64,000 nt of DNA from Fimbriimonadales bacterium (GCA_026418055.1 JAOACB010000006.1:13418-77417), one strand, 5' to 3'. Shown: positions 18,430 to 27,727, numbered from the stretch's first letter. Notes: a model not told the origin generated them from the sequence alone. Made by a program: numbers and translations.

Positions 18430-19569
18430 ATGCTCCGTGACGGTCCGCCGCGCGTCCTCGCGATGTGCCTCGGGGACGGTTTGGCGCTCGCCCGATCCGC
18501 CCGCCTTCTCGCCGACGCGGGCTTTCGGGTGGCGACGCTGTGCCCACCCGGCTCGATGGTGGAGAGCTCGACTCACGCCGAGCGGCGCTTTCCTTTGGTG
18601 GGAAGGGATGCGACCAGCCGGTTGCGCAGCCTGACCGCGGCGTTCGCCGAGCTGCGCTTCGACCTGGTCGTTCCCGGCGACGGCCCAACGGCGGCGCTGT
18701 TGCGCTCGGGTCTTCGGCTGATGCGGGCTGGAAAGGCCACCGGAGTGCCCGAAGGATTGGAGCAGGCCTTGGAGCGGTCGCTGGGGGATCCCTCCGGTTT
18801 CGAACCGCTGGATTCGTGGATCGCGCTGGCGGAGGTGGCCCGAGGCGCAGGCTTTCGCGCGCCGGATAGGTCGCGTGTCGTCGTGGTCTCCGACGCCCTG
18901 CGCTTCGCGGAGCGGCACGGCTACCCGGTGGACGTGCTCGCCGAAGGCCCGGTCGACGCGACGCCGCGGCGTCGGTGCGCAGGGGAGCACGAGCTCGCCG
19001 AAGCCGCCTCGCACGCCCTGCTGCAAGCCCGAGCGAGCGGGATCCCCGTGTGGGTGGCCGCCTCTCCGGTGGGGCGGCGCCTGGGTTGCGCCGTCGTCGC
19101 CCAGCGGGGAGAGGCCATGGGATTGGCGGTGTACGAAAAGGCCGAAGTGGATCCGAGGGACGACGCTCGCGCAACGGTCGTGGTGGCGTCCGACAGCTCA
19201 CCCCTGGTCGATGCCGCACTCGGCCTGCTTCGTCGACTGGGTTTCACCGGACTGGCCGAGATCCGGGCGGTGCAGGACGACCAGGGAGGGCTCTGGTTTC
19301 AAGGGCTCTCGCCGAGCTTCGTGGCGGAGTTCGACGCTTGCCGGGCGGCCGGTTTTCCGGCAGGCAGGCTGCTGCGCTGCCTGCTCGGGGAGCCAAAGCC
19401 GGAGCCTTGGGCCTGGCCGGTGGGTGATCCGGTGGCTCTCGATCCCGAGGAGGGCCTTCGGGACCGGTCGAGCCGGTGGCTGAGGGCGGCGCGCCGGGCC
19501 GACCTCGCGGACGACCCCGGCCTGCTGGAGAGGGTTCTAGCCAGCCGCAAGGAGGGGGAGCCGGTTTGA
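18430..19569 (+). CDS. ATP-grasp-like protein (tentative), function unknown
   Basis: Pre-ATP-grasp-like N-terminus (RVLAMCLGDGLALARSARLLADAGFRV) and central GYPVDV.. block, but the usual C-terminal E-x-N metal site reads FQGLSPSF. Confidence 0.45.
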   Translation: MLRDGPPRVLAMCLGDGLALARSARLLADAGFRVATLCPPGSMVESSTHAERRFPLVGRDATSRLRSLTAAFAELRFDLVVPGDGPTAALLRSGLRLMRAGKATGVPEGLEQALERSLGDPSGFEPLDSWIALAEVARGAGFRAPDRSRVVVVSDALRFAERHGYPVDVLAEGPVDATPRRRCAGEHELAEAASHALLQARASGIPVWVAASPVGRRLGCAVVAQRGEAMGLAVYEKAEVDPRDDARATVVVASDSSPLVDAALGLLRRLGFTGLAEIRAVQDDQGGLWFQGLSPSFVAEFDACRAAGFPAGRLLRCLLGEPKPEPWAWPVGDPVALDPEEGLRDRSSRWLRAARRADLADDPGLLERVLASRKEGEPV

Positions 19570-20006
19570 CGACGCTGAGGGAGATCGCTTGGGGAAGCCG
19601 GGAGTACGCGCAGGAGGTGGACCTTCGCTACAGGCTTCTGCGGGAGCCTCTGGGCCTGTGGTTCCGGGCGACGGAGCTGGAGGCCGAGGAGCACGAGCAG
19701 CACTTCGGGGTGTTCGAGGGTCGCCGGCTCGTCGCGTGCGTGGTGGCCCGAGATTTGGGCGGCGGCGTGGCCCATCTTCGGCAGATGGCGGTCGACGCCG
19801 ACCGACAAGGCCGCGGGCTGGGAGCGCGCCTGCTGAGCTTCGCCGAGGAGCGGCTGGCCGCTCGGGGCTTCCGAGAGGCCGTGCTGCACGCTCGGGAGAC
19901 GGCGGTGGGTTTCTACGCCAAGGCCGGATACCGCGTGGAGGGCGAACCGTTCGAGGAGGTGACCCTGCCGCACCGCCGGATGCGCAAGTCGCTCACTCCC
20001 CGGTGA
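19566..20006 (+). CDS. GNAT family N-acetyltransferase (Acetyltransf_10/ElaA-like)
   Basis: LRQMAVDADRQGRGLGARLL acetyl-CoA motif and FYAKAGYRVEGEPFEEVTLPHRRMRK tail. TTG 19566 overlaps the upstream TGA. Confidence 0.8.
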   Translation: MTTLREIAWGSREYAQEVDLRYRLLREPLGLWFRATELEAEEHEQHFGVFEGRRLVACVVARDLGGGVAHLRQMAVDADRQGRGLGARLLSFAEERLAARGFREAVLHARETAVGFYAKAGYRVEGEPFEEVTLPHRRMRKSLTPR

Positions 20007-20772
20007 ACACCGGCTTGCGCTTCTCGAGGAACGCCCGGATGCCCTCGGCGTAGTCCTTGCTGTCGTACACCTTCCTGCGCAACCCTTGGATGCGCTCGAA
20101 GGTCTCGGGCGAGAGCGGCGAGGCGTTCTCGAGGATGCGCAGCTGCTCCTTCATCACGGCGATGCTGAGCGGCGAGTTCAGGGTGATCTCGCGCGCCAGC
20201 CCGTAGGTGAACTCTTCCAGCTGGTGCACGGGAACGAGGTGGTTCAGAACCCCCAGCTCGAGCGCCCGCTCCGCAGGGATGGGCAGGCCGGTGAACAGCA
20301 TCTCCTTCGCCACGCGCGCGCCGAGCGTGTTGAGCAGGTTGAGCAGCCCGGTGGTGTTGTAGGGCACGCCGATCTTCGCCGGGGTGGTGGCGAAGGTTCC
20401 CGTGTGGGTCGCCACCAGGATGTCGCAGGTGAAGCACACCTCGCAGGCGCCTCCCCACACGCTGCCCTCGATCATGGCGATGACGGGCGCCGGAAACCCG
20501 CGGATGGTTCGGATCAGCTGCTCCAAGGGGTCGCTGTAGTGCAGAGGATCTCTTCCCGAGACGGGCAACTCCCGAACATCGTGTCCCGCCGACCAGACCT
20601 TCGAGCCGGGCAGAGCCCTCAGGACCACCACCCGCGCCTTGGCCCGCCCGAGCTCGCCGAAGGCCTGCAGCAGGTCCGCCACCAGCGCCCGGCTGAGGGC
20701 GTTCCGGCGCTCGGGATGGTTCAGCGTGATCGTGCCGATGTCCTCCTCGATCTTCCACAGGGCCAGCGCCAT
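19993..20772 (-). CDS. Enoyl-CoA hydratase/isomerase (crotonase) family, methylmalonyl-CoA-decarboxylase-like
   Basis: ITLNHPERRNALS, VWSAGHDVRE, IAMIEGSVWGGACE crotonase motifs. Confidence 0.8.
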   Translation of the reverse strand: MALALWKIEEDIGTITLNHPERRNALSRALVADLLQAFGELGRAKARVVVLRALPGSKVWSAGHDVRELPVSGRDPLHYSDPLEQLIRTIRGFPAPVIAMIEGSVWGGACEVCFTCDILVATHTGTFATTPAKIGVPYNTTGLLNLLNTLGARVAKEMLFTGLPIPAERALELGVLNHLVPVHQLEEFTYGLAREITLNSPLSIAVMKEQLRILENASPLSPETFERIQGLRRKVYDSKDYAEGIRAFLEKRKPVFTGE

Positions 20773-20778
20773 GCTTTC

Positions 20779-20800
20779 AGCATACTTCCGGGACCATACT
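20779..20800. promoter_or_regulatory. Back-to-back -10-like boxes in a 33-bp divergent intergenic region
   Basis: TATGCT on the minus strand (20779-20784) lies 6 nt before ATG 20772. CATACT on the plus strand (20795-20800) lies 5 nt before ATG 20806. Confidence 0.4.
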
Positions 20801-20805
20801 GAGCC

Positions 20806-21504
20806 ATGCGGGTTCTCGCGATCGGAGCGCACCCCGACGACTGGGAGTTCCACTGCGGCGGCACGCTGCTGCTGTATCGAAGGGCCGGCCACGAGGTCGT
20901 GGTGTGCATCGCCACCAACGGCGACAAGGGTAGCAAGCGCGTCCCCTCGAGGGAGCTGGCCGAAATCCGCAGGCGAGAGTCGCAGGCGGCGGCGGATCGG
21001 TTGGGCGCCGAGCTGCTTTGGCTAGGTTTCGAGGACGGCGCGTTGCAGGACGGGTTGGAAGAGCGCATGGCCTTCGTCGAAGCGATCCGCCGGGCGCGGC
21101 CGGACGTGGTGCTGGCCCACGATCCAGACGACTACCATCCCGACCACCGGGCTTCGGCCCGCCTCGTAAGGGACGCGCTCTTCCTGAGCATGGTGCCGCA
21201 GTTCGCCACCGAATCGCCGGCGCTCACCTGGTGGCCTTCGCTGTACTGGATGGACTCGTGCAGCCCGCAGTTCCTGCCCACCGACTACGTGGACGTCACG
21301 GACGTCTTCGCGGAAAAGGAGGCGCTCCTAGCCCTGCACGCCAGCCAGGCGGAGTGGATCGACGACCTGAGCCAGACGGACATCGGCGAGCCGATGCGGG
21401 TGACGAACCGTTTCCGAGGGCTGGCTTGCGGCGCGAAGTACGCCGAGGCATTCTGCAGGGAGGTGCGAGCCGCCGGCGGCACTGCCTCGCGACTGTTGCC
21501 CTGA
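20806..21504 (+). CDS. PIG-L/LmbE family deacetylase
   Basis: MRVLAIGAHPDDWEFHCGGTLL and HPDH motifs. Confidence 0.8.
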   Translation: MRVLAIGAHPDDWEFHCGGTLLLYRRAGHEVVVCIATNGDKGSKRVPSRELAEIRRRESQAAADRLGAELLWLGFEDGALQDGLEERMAFVEAIRRARPDVVLAHDPDDYHPDHRASARLVRDALFLSMVPQFATESPALTWWPSLYWMDSCSPQFLPTDYVDVTDVFAEKEALLALHASQAEWIDDLSQTDIGEPMRVTNRFRGLACGAKYAEAFCREVRAAGGTASRLLP

Positions 21505-21517
21505 GTAGACTTGCCCG

Positions 21518-22291
21518 ATGCGCCTCGCAACGTACAACGCCAACTCCATTCGCGTTCGTCTCCCTTCCGTGCTCGATTGGCTGAAGGACCACCAGCCGGA
21601 CGTGCTCGGTTTGCAGGAGACCAAGGTGGACGATCCCGAGTTTCCCGCGCGGGAGTTCCAAGTCGCCGGCTGGCACGTCGAGTTCCACGGTCAGAAGGCG
21701 CGCAACGGCGTGGCGATCGTCTCCAGGACGGCGCCCGACGAGCTGATCAAGGGTCTGCCGTTGGACGGCGAGGACGACAAGCGCCTGATCGCCGCGCGCT
21801 TCGGCGATCTCTGGGTGGTCAACACCTACGTGCCCAACGGCACCCAGGTGGGCACCGACAAGTTCGCCTACAAGCTCCGGTGGTTCGACGAGCTGCTGCG
21901 GTTCTTCCAAGAGCGCTTCCGACCGGACCAGCCCGTCGTCTGGCTGGGCGACGTGAACGTGGCGCCGACGCCGGACGACGTCTTCGATTCGCCCAGGCAC
22001 CTGGGAGGCGTCGGCCATCACCCGGACGAGTTCGCGGCCTTGGGCAAGGTGGTGGACTGGGGTTGGATCGATCTGTTCCGCAAGTTCCACCAAGGGCCTG
22101 GACACTACACGTTCTGGGAGTTCGTGATCCGCGGCTCCGTTTCGAAGAACCTCGGCTGGCGCATCGACCACATCTACGGAACCAAGCCGGTTGCCGAGCG
22201 TTGCGCCTCCTGCTTCATCGACAAAGAGCCGAGGCTCCAAGAGCGCCCCTCGGACCACACCTACGTGGTGGCCGACGTCGAAGGCTTCTGA
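21518..22291 (+). CDS. xth: Exodeoxyribonuclease III
   Basis: MRLATYNANSIRVR..., LGLQETK, SDHTYV motifs. TAGACT lies 6 nt upstream of the ATG. Confidence 0.9.
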   Translation: MRLATYNANSIRVRLPSVLDWLKDHQPDVLGLQETKVDDPEFPAREFQVAGWHVEFHGQKARNGVAIVSRTAPDELIKGLPLDGEDDKRLIAARFGDLWVVNTYVPNGTQVGTDKFAYKLRWFDELLRFFQERFRPDQPVVWLGDVNVAPTPDDVFDSPRHLGGVGHHPDEFAALGKVVDWGWIDLFRKFHQGPGHYTFWEFVIRGSVSKNLGWRIDHIYGTKPVAERCASCFIDKEPRLQERPSDHTYVVADVEGF

Positions 22292-22683
22292 CCGCTGGAC
22301 AGCGTGAGCCCGAAGGGCAGGTACACCGCCAGCAGCAGAGCGAGGGCGCCTGCCGCAAAGCCCAGGATCGAAGGGAAGGGTTGGCCCATGGATGCCAGCC
22401 AACCGACGAGGAACCCTCCCTCGGCGAGCGCCGCTCCCAGGAGCCAAAGCAGCGTCCGCCGCTGACCGGCCGCGCCCGTCCACCCGTACAGACCCAGGCC
22501 GAGCGAGGCGCTCCATTCCACAGCCGCGAGGCACCAAGCGAGCGCGAGGCTGATCGTCGACGGGCGCTGGGGCAGAGCGGCCAGTTGCGGCTCGACGGAC
22601 CAACGGATCGCCGTGAGACCGACGATGGCGAACGCCAGCGTCGCCAGCATCACCAGCACCACGGCCTTCGGCAGCGGTTTCAT
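22261..22683 (-). CDS. Integral membrane protein (about 4 TM), unknown function
   Basis: Hydrophobic helices throughout. Convergently overlaps the xth 3' end by 31 nt. Start uncertain (22683 or 22707). Confidence 0.4.
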   Translation of the reverse strand: MKPLPKAVVLVMLATLAFAIVGLTAIRWSVEPQLAALPQRPSTISLALAWCLAAVEWSASLGLGLYGWTGAAGQRRTLLWLLGAALAEGGFLVGWLASMGQPFPSILGFAAGALALLLAVYLPFGLTLSSGQKPSTSATT

Positions 22684-22714
22684 GGGCGAACTCCCGATCG
22701 GGCACAATCGGGCC

Positions 22715-23251
22715 GTGGGCTCGATCCGTGCCTTCGTGGCAATCTACCCGAGCGAAGAGGAGCGGAGGCGGCTGGCGGCGTTTCAGGACGTTCTCCGCAG
22801 GCAGTGGCCCGAGGCTCGCTGGGTTCGAGGCGATCAGCTCCACCTCACGCTGCGGTTCGTCGGCGAGCTGCCCGAGGCGTTGCTGGAAGGATTCCGGCGC
22901 GCGCTGCGGGAGGAGGCGGCCCGAACGGAGCCCTTCGACGTGAGGCTGGTCCACCGGGCGCCGCCGTGGCGCGGCGCGCGCGTGGTGGCGGTGTCGGCGG
23001 AATCCAGGCCGCTCGTGGCTCTCGCTCAGGGCGTGGAGGCGGCGGCTCGAGCGATCGGGCTCGCTCCGGAAGACCGGCGCTTTCGGGGTCACGTCACCTT
23101 GGCGCGCGTGGAGGGGCCGTTCCCCCCAGCCGTGCTCGAACGAGCCTTCGAGGATCGCTGGCGGGTTCGGTCGTGCCGGCTGATGCGCAGCGATCTGCGC
23201 CCCTCCGGAGCGACCCACACCCTGTTGGAGGAGTTTCCCTTTGGAGGGTGA
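22715..23251 (+). CDS. thpR: RNA 2',3'-cyclic phosphodiesterase (2H phosphoesterase, LigT/ThpR-like)
   Basis: Two H-x-T-x motifs (HLTLRF, HVTLAR). Start is GTG 22715 or ATG 22682. Confidence 0.75.
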   Translation: MGSIRAFVAIYPSEEERRRLAAFQDVLRRQWPEARWVRGDQLHLTLRFVGELPEALLEGFRRALREEAARTEPFDVRLVHRAPPWRGARVVAVSAESRPLVALAQGVEAAARAIGLAPEDRRFRGHVTLARVEGPFPPAVLERAFEDRWRVRSCRLMRSDLRPSGATHTLLEEFPFGG

Positions 23252-24149
23252 GATCGTGCTCGTCGCCGACGGCGACGAGAGACTGGATCGGTTCTTGGCG
23301 CGTCGCCTCGGCGGATACAGCCGCTCGCGCCTGGCGGAGTGGATCGAGGCCGGAGGCGTGCTCGTGGATGGACGGCCGCGCAAGCCCGCATTCCGCTTGG
23401 CGCCCGGCATGCAGGTCCGATTGGAGCCTCCCCCCGAGCGTCCGGCACACGACCTGACTCCCGTGGAGCGGCCGTTGGAGGTCTTGTACGAGGACGACCA
23501 GCTGCTGGTGGTGAACAAGCCCAGGGGGATGGCGACGCATCCGGCGCCCAGCCTGCGGGAGCCGAGCCTCGTGAACGTGCTTCTGGCCCGTGGCAGCGCC
23601 CTCAGCGGAGGATCCGCGCCGTACCGGCCCGGCATCGTCCACCGCCTCGACAAGGACACGACGGGTCTGCTGGTGGTGGCCAAGACCGATCGTTGCCACC
23701 GGCTTCTGGCGCAACAGATCGCCGACAAGAGCGCGGAGAGGCGCTACCTGGCTTGGGTCCATGGCAGACCGCCCCGCGACTCGTTGCGCATCGAGCAGCC
23801 GATCGGCAGGGATCCTCGCAATCGGACCCGCATGGCCGTGACTGCGGCAGGCAAGCCCGCGGCGACCGTGATCAAGGTGCTTGCCTGTTCGGCGGAGGGC
23901 AGGACGCTGGTCGGTTGCCGACTGGAGACAGGAAGGACCCACCAGATCCGCGTGCACCTTTCCGCTCTCGGCCACCCGGTCGTGGGCGATGCGGTTTACG
24001 GGCGCCGCCAGGATCGAGTCCCGTTGCAGCTGCATGCGGGCCTCCTGGCGCTCCATCACCCGGACGGGCGCCGCATGGAGTGGACTTGCGAGCCGCCCGC
24101 CGACTTCCTTTCGTGGGAAGGTTCTGTGAAGGATCTCCTCGCTTGGTAG
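23241..24149 (+). CDS. rluD: RluA-family 23S rRNA pseudouridine synthase (RluD-like) with S4 domain
   Basis: LDRFLARRL...S4-like N-terminus, LVVNKPRGMATHP, HRLDKDTTGLLVVAKT, GRTHQIRVHL. The start overlaps the thpR stop. Confidence 0.85.
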   Translation: MEGEIVLVADGDERLDRFLARRLGGYSRSRLAEWIEAGGVLVDGRPRKPAFRLAPGMQVRLEPPPERPAHDLTPVERPLEVLYEDDQLLVVNKPRGMATHPAPSLREPSLVNVLLARGSALSGGSAPYRPGIVHRLDKDTTGLLVVAKTDRCHRLLAQQIADKSAERRYLAWVHGRPPRDSLRIEQPIGRDPRNRTRMAVTAAGKPAATVIKVLACSAEGRTLVGCRLETGRTHQIRVHLSALGHPVVGDAVYGRRQDRVPLQLHAGLLALHHPDGRRMEWTCEPPADFLSWEGSVKDLLAW

Positions 24150-24192
24150 GCGGCCTGCAGGATTCGCCCGGCGCCTCGGAGAACACTGGGCC

Positions 24193-26655
24193 ATGCTCGC
24201 GAGAAAGCCATGGTTGCTGGCGCCCCTCCTGGGTGCCGGAGTTTGGGCGGCGGCGCAACGGCCAGCCGGGATTCCGTTGCCGACGGGCAAGTCGATCGCT
24301 CCCACGGGCAAGCACGTTTCGGTCGGCAGCTACCCGATCAACATGGTGCGCACGCCCGACGGCAAGTTCGCGGTCGTGGCGAACGTGGGGTCGCGGCAGT
24401 ACCTGAGCGTCGTCGATCTTCGCACCGGGGACAAGGTGGCGCAGTGGGAGTTCCCGCGGCCGCAGGGCCTGTACTTCGGGCTGGCGATGAGGGGGGACGG
24501 AACGCTGTTCGTCAGCCGAGGCGCGCAGGACAAGATCTCCCGCTTCATCGTTGCGCGCGACGGCATGATCGGCAACCTGCGACGCGACATCTCCGATCCG
24601 GCCCCGGAGTCCTGGGGCATGCCGCACCACATCGCAGGCTTGGCGCTGAGCGGGGACGGCTCGACGCTGTTCGCGGCGAACAACCAAGCCACCGGCGGCA
24701 GCGGGTTCCTGAGCTCGATCTCGGCCTTCGACGCCGACACAGGAACGAAGAGGTACGAGGTGCCCGCCCCGGCGTTTCCGTTGGCCATCGCGGCTTTGGG
24801 AGACAAGGTGTTCGTGGCTGGGGAGCGGGATGGCGTGGTGTCCGTCCACCGGCAGACGGACGGTTCGCGGCTGGCGGAAATCAAGGTGGGGGCGCAACCG
24901 GCGTACCTCCTCTCCGACGCGCCGCGCGGTCGGCTGTTCGTCGCGAACTCTGGCGGCGACACGGTCTCCGAGATCGACGCGGCGAGGCTGAGGGTGGTGC
25001 GAACGATGCTGGTTCGGCCGGCCGAGGCCCACGGAGTGCCGGGAGTGACGCCCCTCGGCCTGGCGCTCTCCGCGGACGGCCGGCGCCTCTTCGTGGCTCT
25101 GGCGGACATGAACGCCGTGGCGGTTCTCGATCTACCGACTGGCAGGGTGGCCGGCTACCTGCCCACCGGTTGGTATCCCACCAGTCTGGTCCTCTCCCAG
25201 GACCAGAGGCACCTGATCGTGGCTTGCGCCAAGGGGGTGAGGCCGCGCAACCCGAACGCAAGGCCGCAAGGTCGGCTGGGACAGTACATCCTGAACATCC
25301 TCGAGGGCACGGTCACGAGGATGCCGATCCCGACGGATCTGCGCTCGGCCACCCGGCGCGTCCTGGAGAGCAACACCATCGGGGTTCCGTTGCCGCAGTT
25401 CCGCAACCCGGGCATCCGGCACGTGATCTACGTGATCAAGGAGAACCGGACGTACGACCAAGTGTTCGGGGACTTGAAGCGAGGCAACGGAGACCCCTCG
25501 CTCTGCCTGTTCCCGAGGGAGGTGACGCCGAACCAGCATGCCCTGGCGGAGCGGTTCGGCCTGCTGGACAACTTCTACTGTTGCGCCGAGGTCTCGGCAG
25601 ACGGGTGGAATTGGTCGACGGCGGGAAGGGTTTCCGCGTACACCAGCAGGAACACGGTGACGAACTACGGCGGGCGCGGCCGCCGGTACGACTTCGAGGG
25701 AACCACCAACGGCATGCCCGTCGACCTGTTGGGGATCCGCGACGTGGCCGCTCCGGAGTCCGGCTACATCTGGGATCTGTGCGCCAAGCACGGCGTGAGC
25801 TACCGCAACTACGGCTTCTTCGTGATGCAGGCGGATCCCGAGGACAAGCGCCACACCAGTCTGGGCATGGAGGCCAACGCTCCGGTCAAGAGGGCCCTCG
25901 TGGGCCACACGTGCGTGGAGTTCGAGCAGTACAACCTGGCCGTTCCCGACAGCGACGCCTACGACCTCCACGGGTTGACGTTCCCTCGGCGGAAACCCTC
26001 GGCCGGCAAGACCAAGGCCGCCAGCCGCATCGCCGCATGGAAGGCCGAGTTCGAAGGGTTCGTGAGGAAAGGCGACATGCCGCGCTTCCAGATGGTCCGC
26101 CTTCCGTGCGACCACACGGCGGGCAACTCGGCGGGATACCCGTCGATGCGCGCCATGGTGGCCGACAACGACTACGCGGTCGGGCAGCTGGTGGAGGCGG
26201 TCTCGAACAGTCCGTTCTGGAAGTCGACGGCGATCTGCATCCTGGAGGACGACGCTCAGAACGGCTTCGACCATGTGGACGCGCACCGCTCGATCGCGCT
26301 GGTGATCAGCCCCTACAACCGACGCGGGGCCGTCGACAGCCGCTTCTACAACACGGACAGCATGCTGCGGACCATCGAGCTGCTGCTCGGCTTGCCACCG
26401 ATGAACCTGTACGACGCGGTGGCGCGCCCGATCGACCTCTTCGAGTCCAAACCGGCCAACATCGAGCCCTTCCGGGCGATCCTTCCCCCCAAGGCGGTGA
26501 TGGCCGAGGTCAACGATCGGTCTGCCTACCGATCGAAGGACAGCGAGCGGCTGTTTCCCGCGAGGGTGCCGGACCCGGGGTTCGACGACGAGCAGAACGA
26601 CGTGCTGTGGCGCACGCTGCGCCCAGGCCGACCGAAGCCCGTGGTGCGGCGGTAG
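24193..26655 (+). CDS. Secreted fusion: YncE-like beta-propeller plus phosphoesterase (PLC/AcpA, PF04185-like) domain
   Basis: Signal peptide. Repeated DG..L.VAN / SVVD propeller blades in the N-terminal ~400 aa. IRHVIYVIKENRTYDQVFGDL phosphoesterase signature in the C-terminal half. Confidence 0.75.
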   Translation: MLARKPWLLAPLLGAGVWAAAQRPAGIPLPTGKSIAPTGKHVSVGSYPINMVRTPDGKFAVVANVGSRQYLSVVDLRTGDKVAQWEFPRPQGLYFGLAMRGDGTLFVSRGAQDKISRFIVARDGMIGNLRRDISDPAPESWGMPHHIAGLALSGDGSTLFAANNQATGGSGFLSSISAFDADTGTKRYEVPAPAFPLAIAALGDKVFVAGERDGVVSVHRQTDGSRLAEIKVGAQPAYLLSDAPRGRLFVANSGGDTVSEIDAARLRVVRTMLVRPAEAHGVPGVTPLGLALSADGRRLFVALADMNAVAVLDLPTGRVAGYLPTGWYPTSLVLSQDQRHLIVACAKGVRPRNPNARPQGRLGQYILNILEGTVTRMPIPTDLRSATRRVLESNTIGVPLPQFRNPGIRHVIYVIKENRTYDQVFGDLKRGNGDPSLCLFPREVTPNQHALAERFGLLDNFYCCAEVSADGWNWSTAGRVSAYTSRNTVTNYGGRGRRYDFEGTTNGMPVDLLGIRDVAAPESGYIWDLCAKHGVSYRNYGFFVMQADPEDKRHTSLGMEANAPVKRALVGHTCVEFEQYNLAVPDSDAYDLHGLTFPRRKPSAGKTKAASRIAAWKAEFEGFVRKGDMPRFQMVRLPCDHTAGNSAGYPSMRAMVADNDYAVGQLVEAVSNSPFWKSTAICILEDDAQNGFDHVDAHRSIALVISPYNRRGAVDSRFYNTDSMLRTIELLLGLPPMNLYDAVARPIDLFESKPANIEPFRAILPPKAVMAEVNDRSAYRSKDSERLFPARVPDPGFDDEQNDVLWRTLRPGRPKPVVRR

Positions 26656-26663
26656 GGATTCCG

Positions 26664-26701
26664 TCGGTCCGGGTGGCCTGCTCAGAAGGCCCCCGGACCG
26701 A
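26664..26701. terminator. GC-rich hairpin between the convergent phosphoesterase and etfA genes
   Basis: TCGGTCCGGG...CCCGGACCGA outer arms with an inner GGCCT/AGGCC pairing. No U-tract. Confidence 0.4.
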
Positions 26702-26712
26702 AGCAAGCGTGG

Positions 26713-27711
26713 TCAGCCGAGCAGCTCGTTCAGCCTCCGTAGCACGGCGAACGCGTCCGCAACGTACAGAACGTCGGCCTTGCCCTGGGCCCAGCCGCAG
26801 TTGGGGTCCAGGTTGATCGCCCGCCTCTCGCCGATGAACCTCCAACCGACCACGTGAGGCTCCTCGCCGTGGCAGCAGGTCGCCAGGCCCTTCGGGTGCC
26901 TCGGGCTCGAACCGGTCTGCCCGACCTGGTTCATGTGCGTCAGGAACGAGATCACGGCGCCCTCGCCCTTCTGATCCACCAGCGACTTGCTGGAGCCGAG
27001 AGAGGCGCCTGTGGCCCGCAGGAACGCGCGGATGAGCTCCTCGGCCTCCGGCACGTGGGTCTGTCCGTCGGATTGCTTCTTGGTCCAGCCTGCTCCCGCG
27101 ACGAGCAGGAGGTCCGCGTCCGGCCGGATCGTCTGCTCTCCCGCGATCGCGGCCTCGGTGCCGAGGGCCTGCGTGCGCGAGCAGGGCTCCCAGGACACTT
27201 CCTCCACGGCTCCGGAGAAGCCGGCGGACGCCTCTGCCGCGGGCAGCGCGCCCGACTCGAGCAACAGGAACCACGGACGCTCCTCTCGTGTGAACGCGGC
27301 CTGCATCCGCTGGCGGTAGTACCACCGACGAACCTTTGTTTCCGCGCCGAGAGAGATCCCGGCGACGCGCGTGTCGATGCGGCCTCCCGTGCGCACGGCC
27401 ACCAGCGGCAGGCAGCGCGCCGTTCGGGAGTGCTGGGGAGCCAGCACCAGCTGCGATCCGCTCGCCCGAACCAGCGCCTCGCAGGCCCTGGCGTCGTTGG
27501 CGGCCGTCGGTGAAGCCAGGCCGTCCCCGCCGGCGACCAGAACGCGGCTCGCGGAGGCGGGAACCACATCCGCCGCCTGCTTGGCGCCCTTGCCGAACAC
27601 GCCCACGTCCGCACCGGGATCCGCCGCGAGAGCGCTCGCCAGCAGGTCCCTCGCGGCCTTGCCGACGGTTCCGTCGGCCTCCAGAGGAATCAGGATCAGT
27701 GTCTTCGCCAT
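26713..27711 (-). CDS. etfA: Electron transfer flavoprotein alpha subunit, sequence-divergent
   Basis: The C-terminal FAD-domain pattern QVGQTG...AINLDPNC...VADAFAVL aligns to the ETF-alpha consensus, but the GISGAxQH block reads ATCCHGEEPH. Confidence 0.7.
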   Translation of the reverse strand: MAKTLILIPLEADGTVGKAARDLLASALAADPGADVGVFGKGAKQAADVVPASASRVLVAGGDGLASPTAANDARACEALVRASGSQLVLAPQHSRTARCLPLVAVRTGGRIDTRVAGISLGAETKVRRWYYRQRMQAAFTREERPWFLLLESGALPAAEASAGFSGAVEEVSWEPCSRTQALGTEAAIAGEQTIRPDADLLLVAGAGWTKKQSDGQTHVPEAEELIRAFLRATGASLGSSKSLVDQKGEGAVISFLTHMNQVGQTGSSPRHPKGLATCCHGEEPHVVGWRFIGERRAINLDPNCGWAQGKADVLYVADAFAVLRRLNELLG

Positions 27712-27727
27712 CGCTCTCCTCCTCGGT

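Noticed and set aside
21296-23728. 810-aa minus-strand ORF crossing xth, the membrane protein gene, thpR and rluD
   Set aside because: It is antisense to three genes with strong catalytic motifs, and its composition is typical of shadow frames.
24210-26816. 868-aa same-strand alternative frame over the propeller-phosphoesterase gene (a possible frameshift or dual coding)
   Set aside because: The translation is Arg/Gly/Ala-rich with no motifs. The 24193 frame carries the signal peptide, the propeller repeats and the phosphoesterase signature continuously, so no frameshift is needed.
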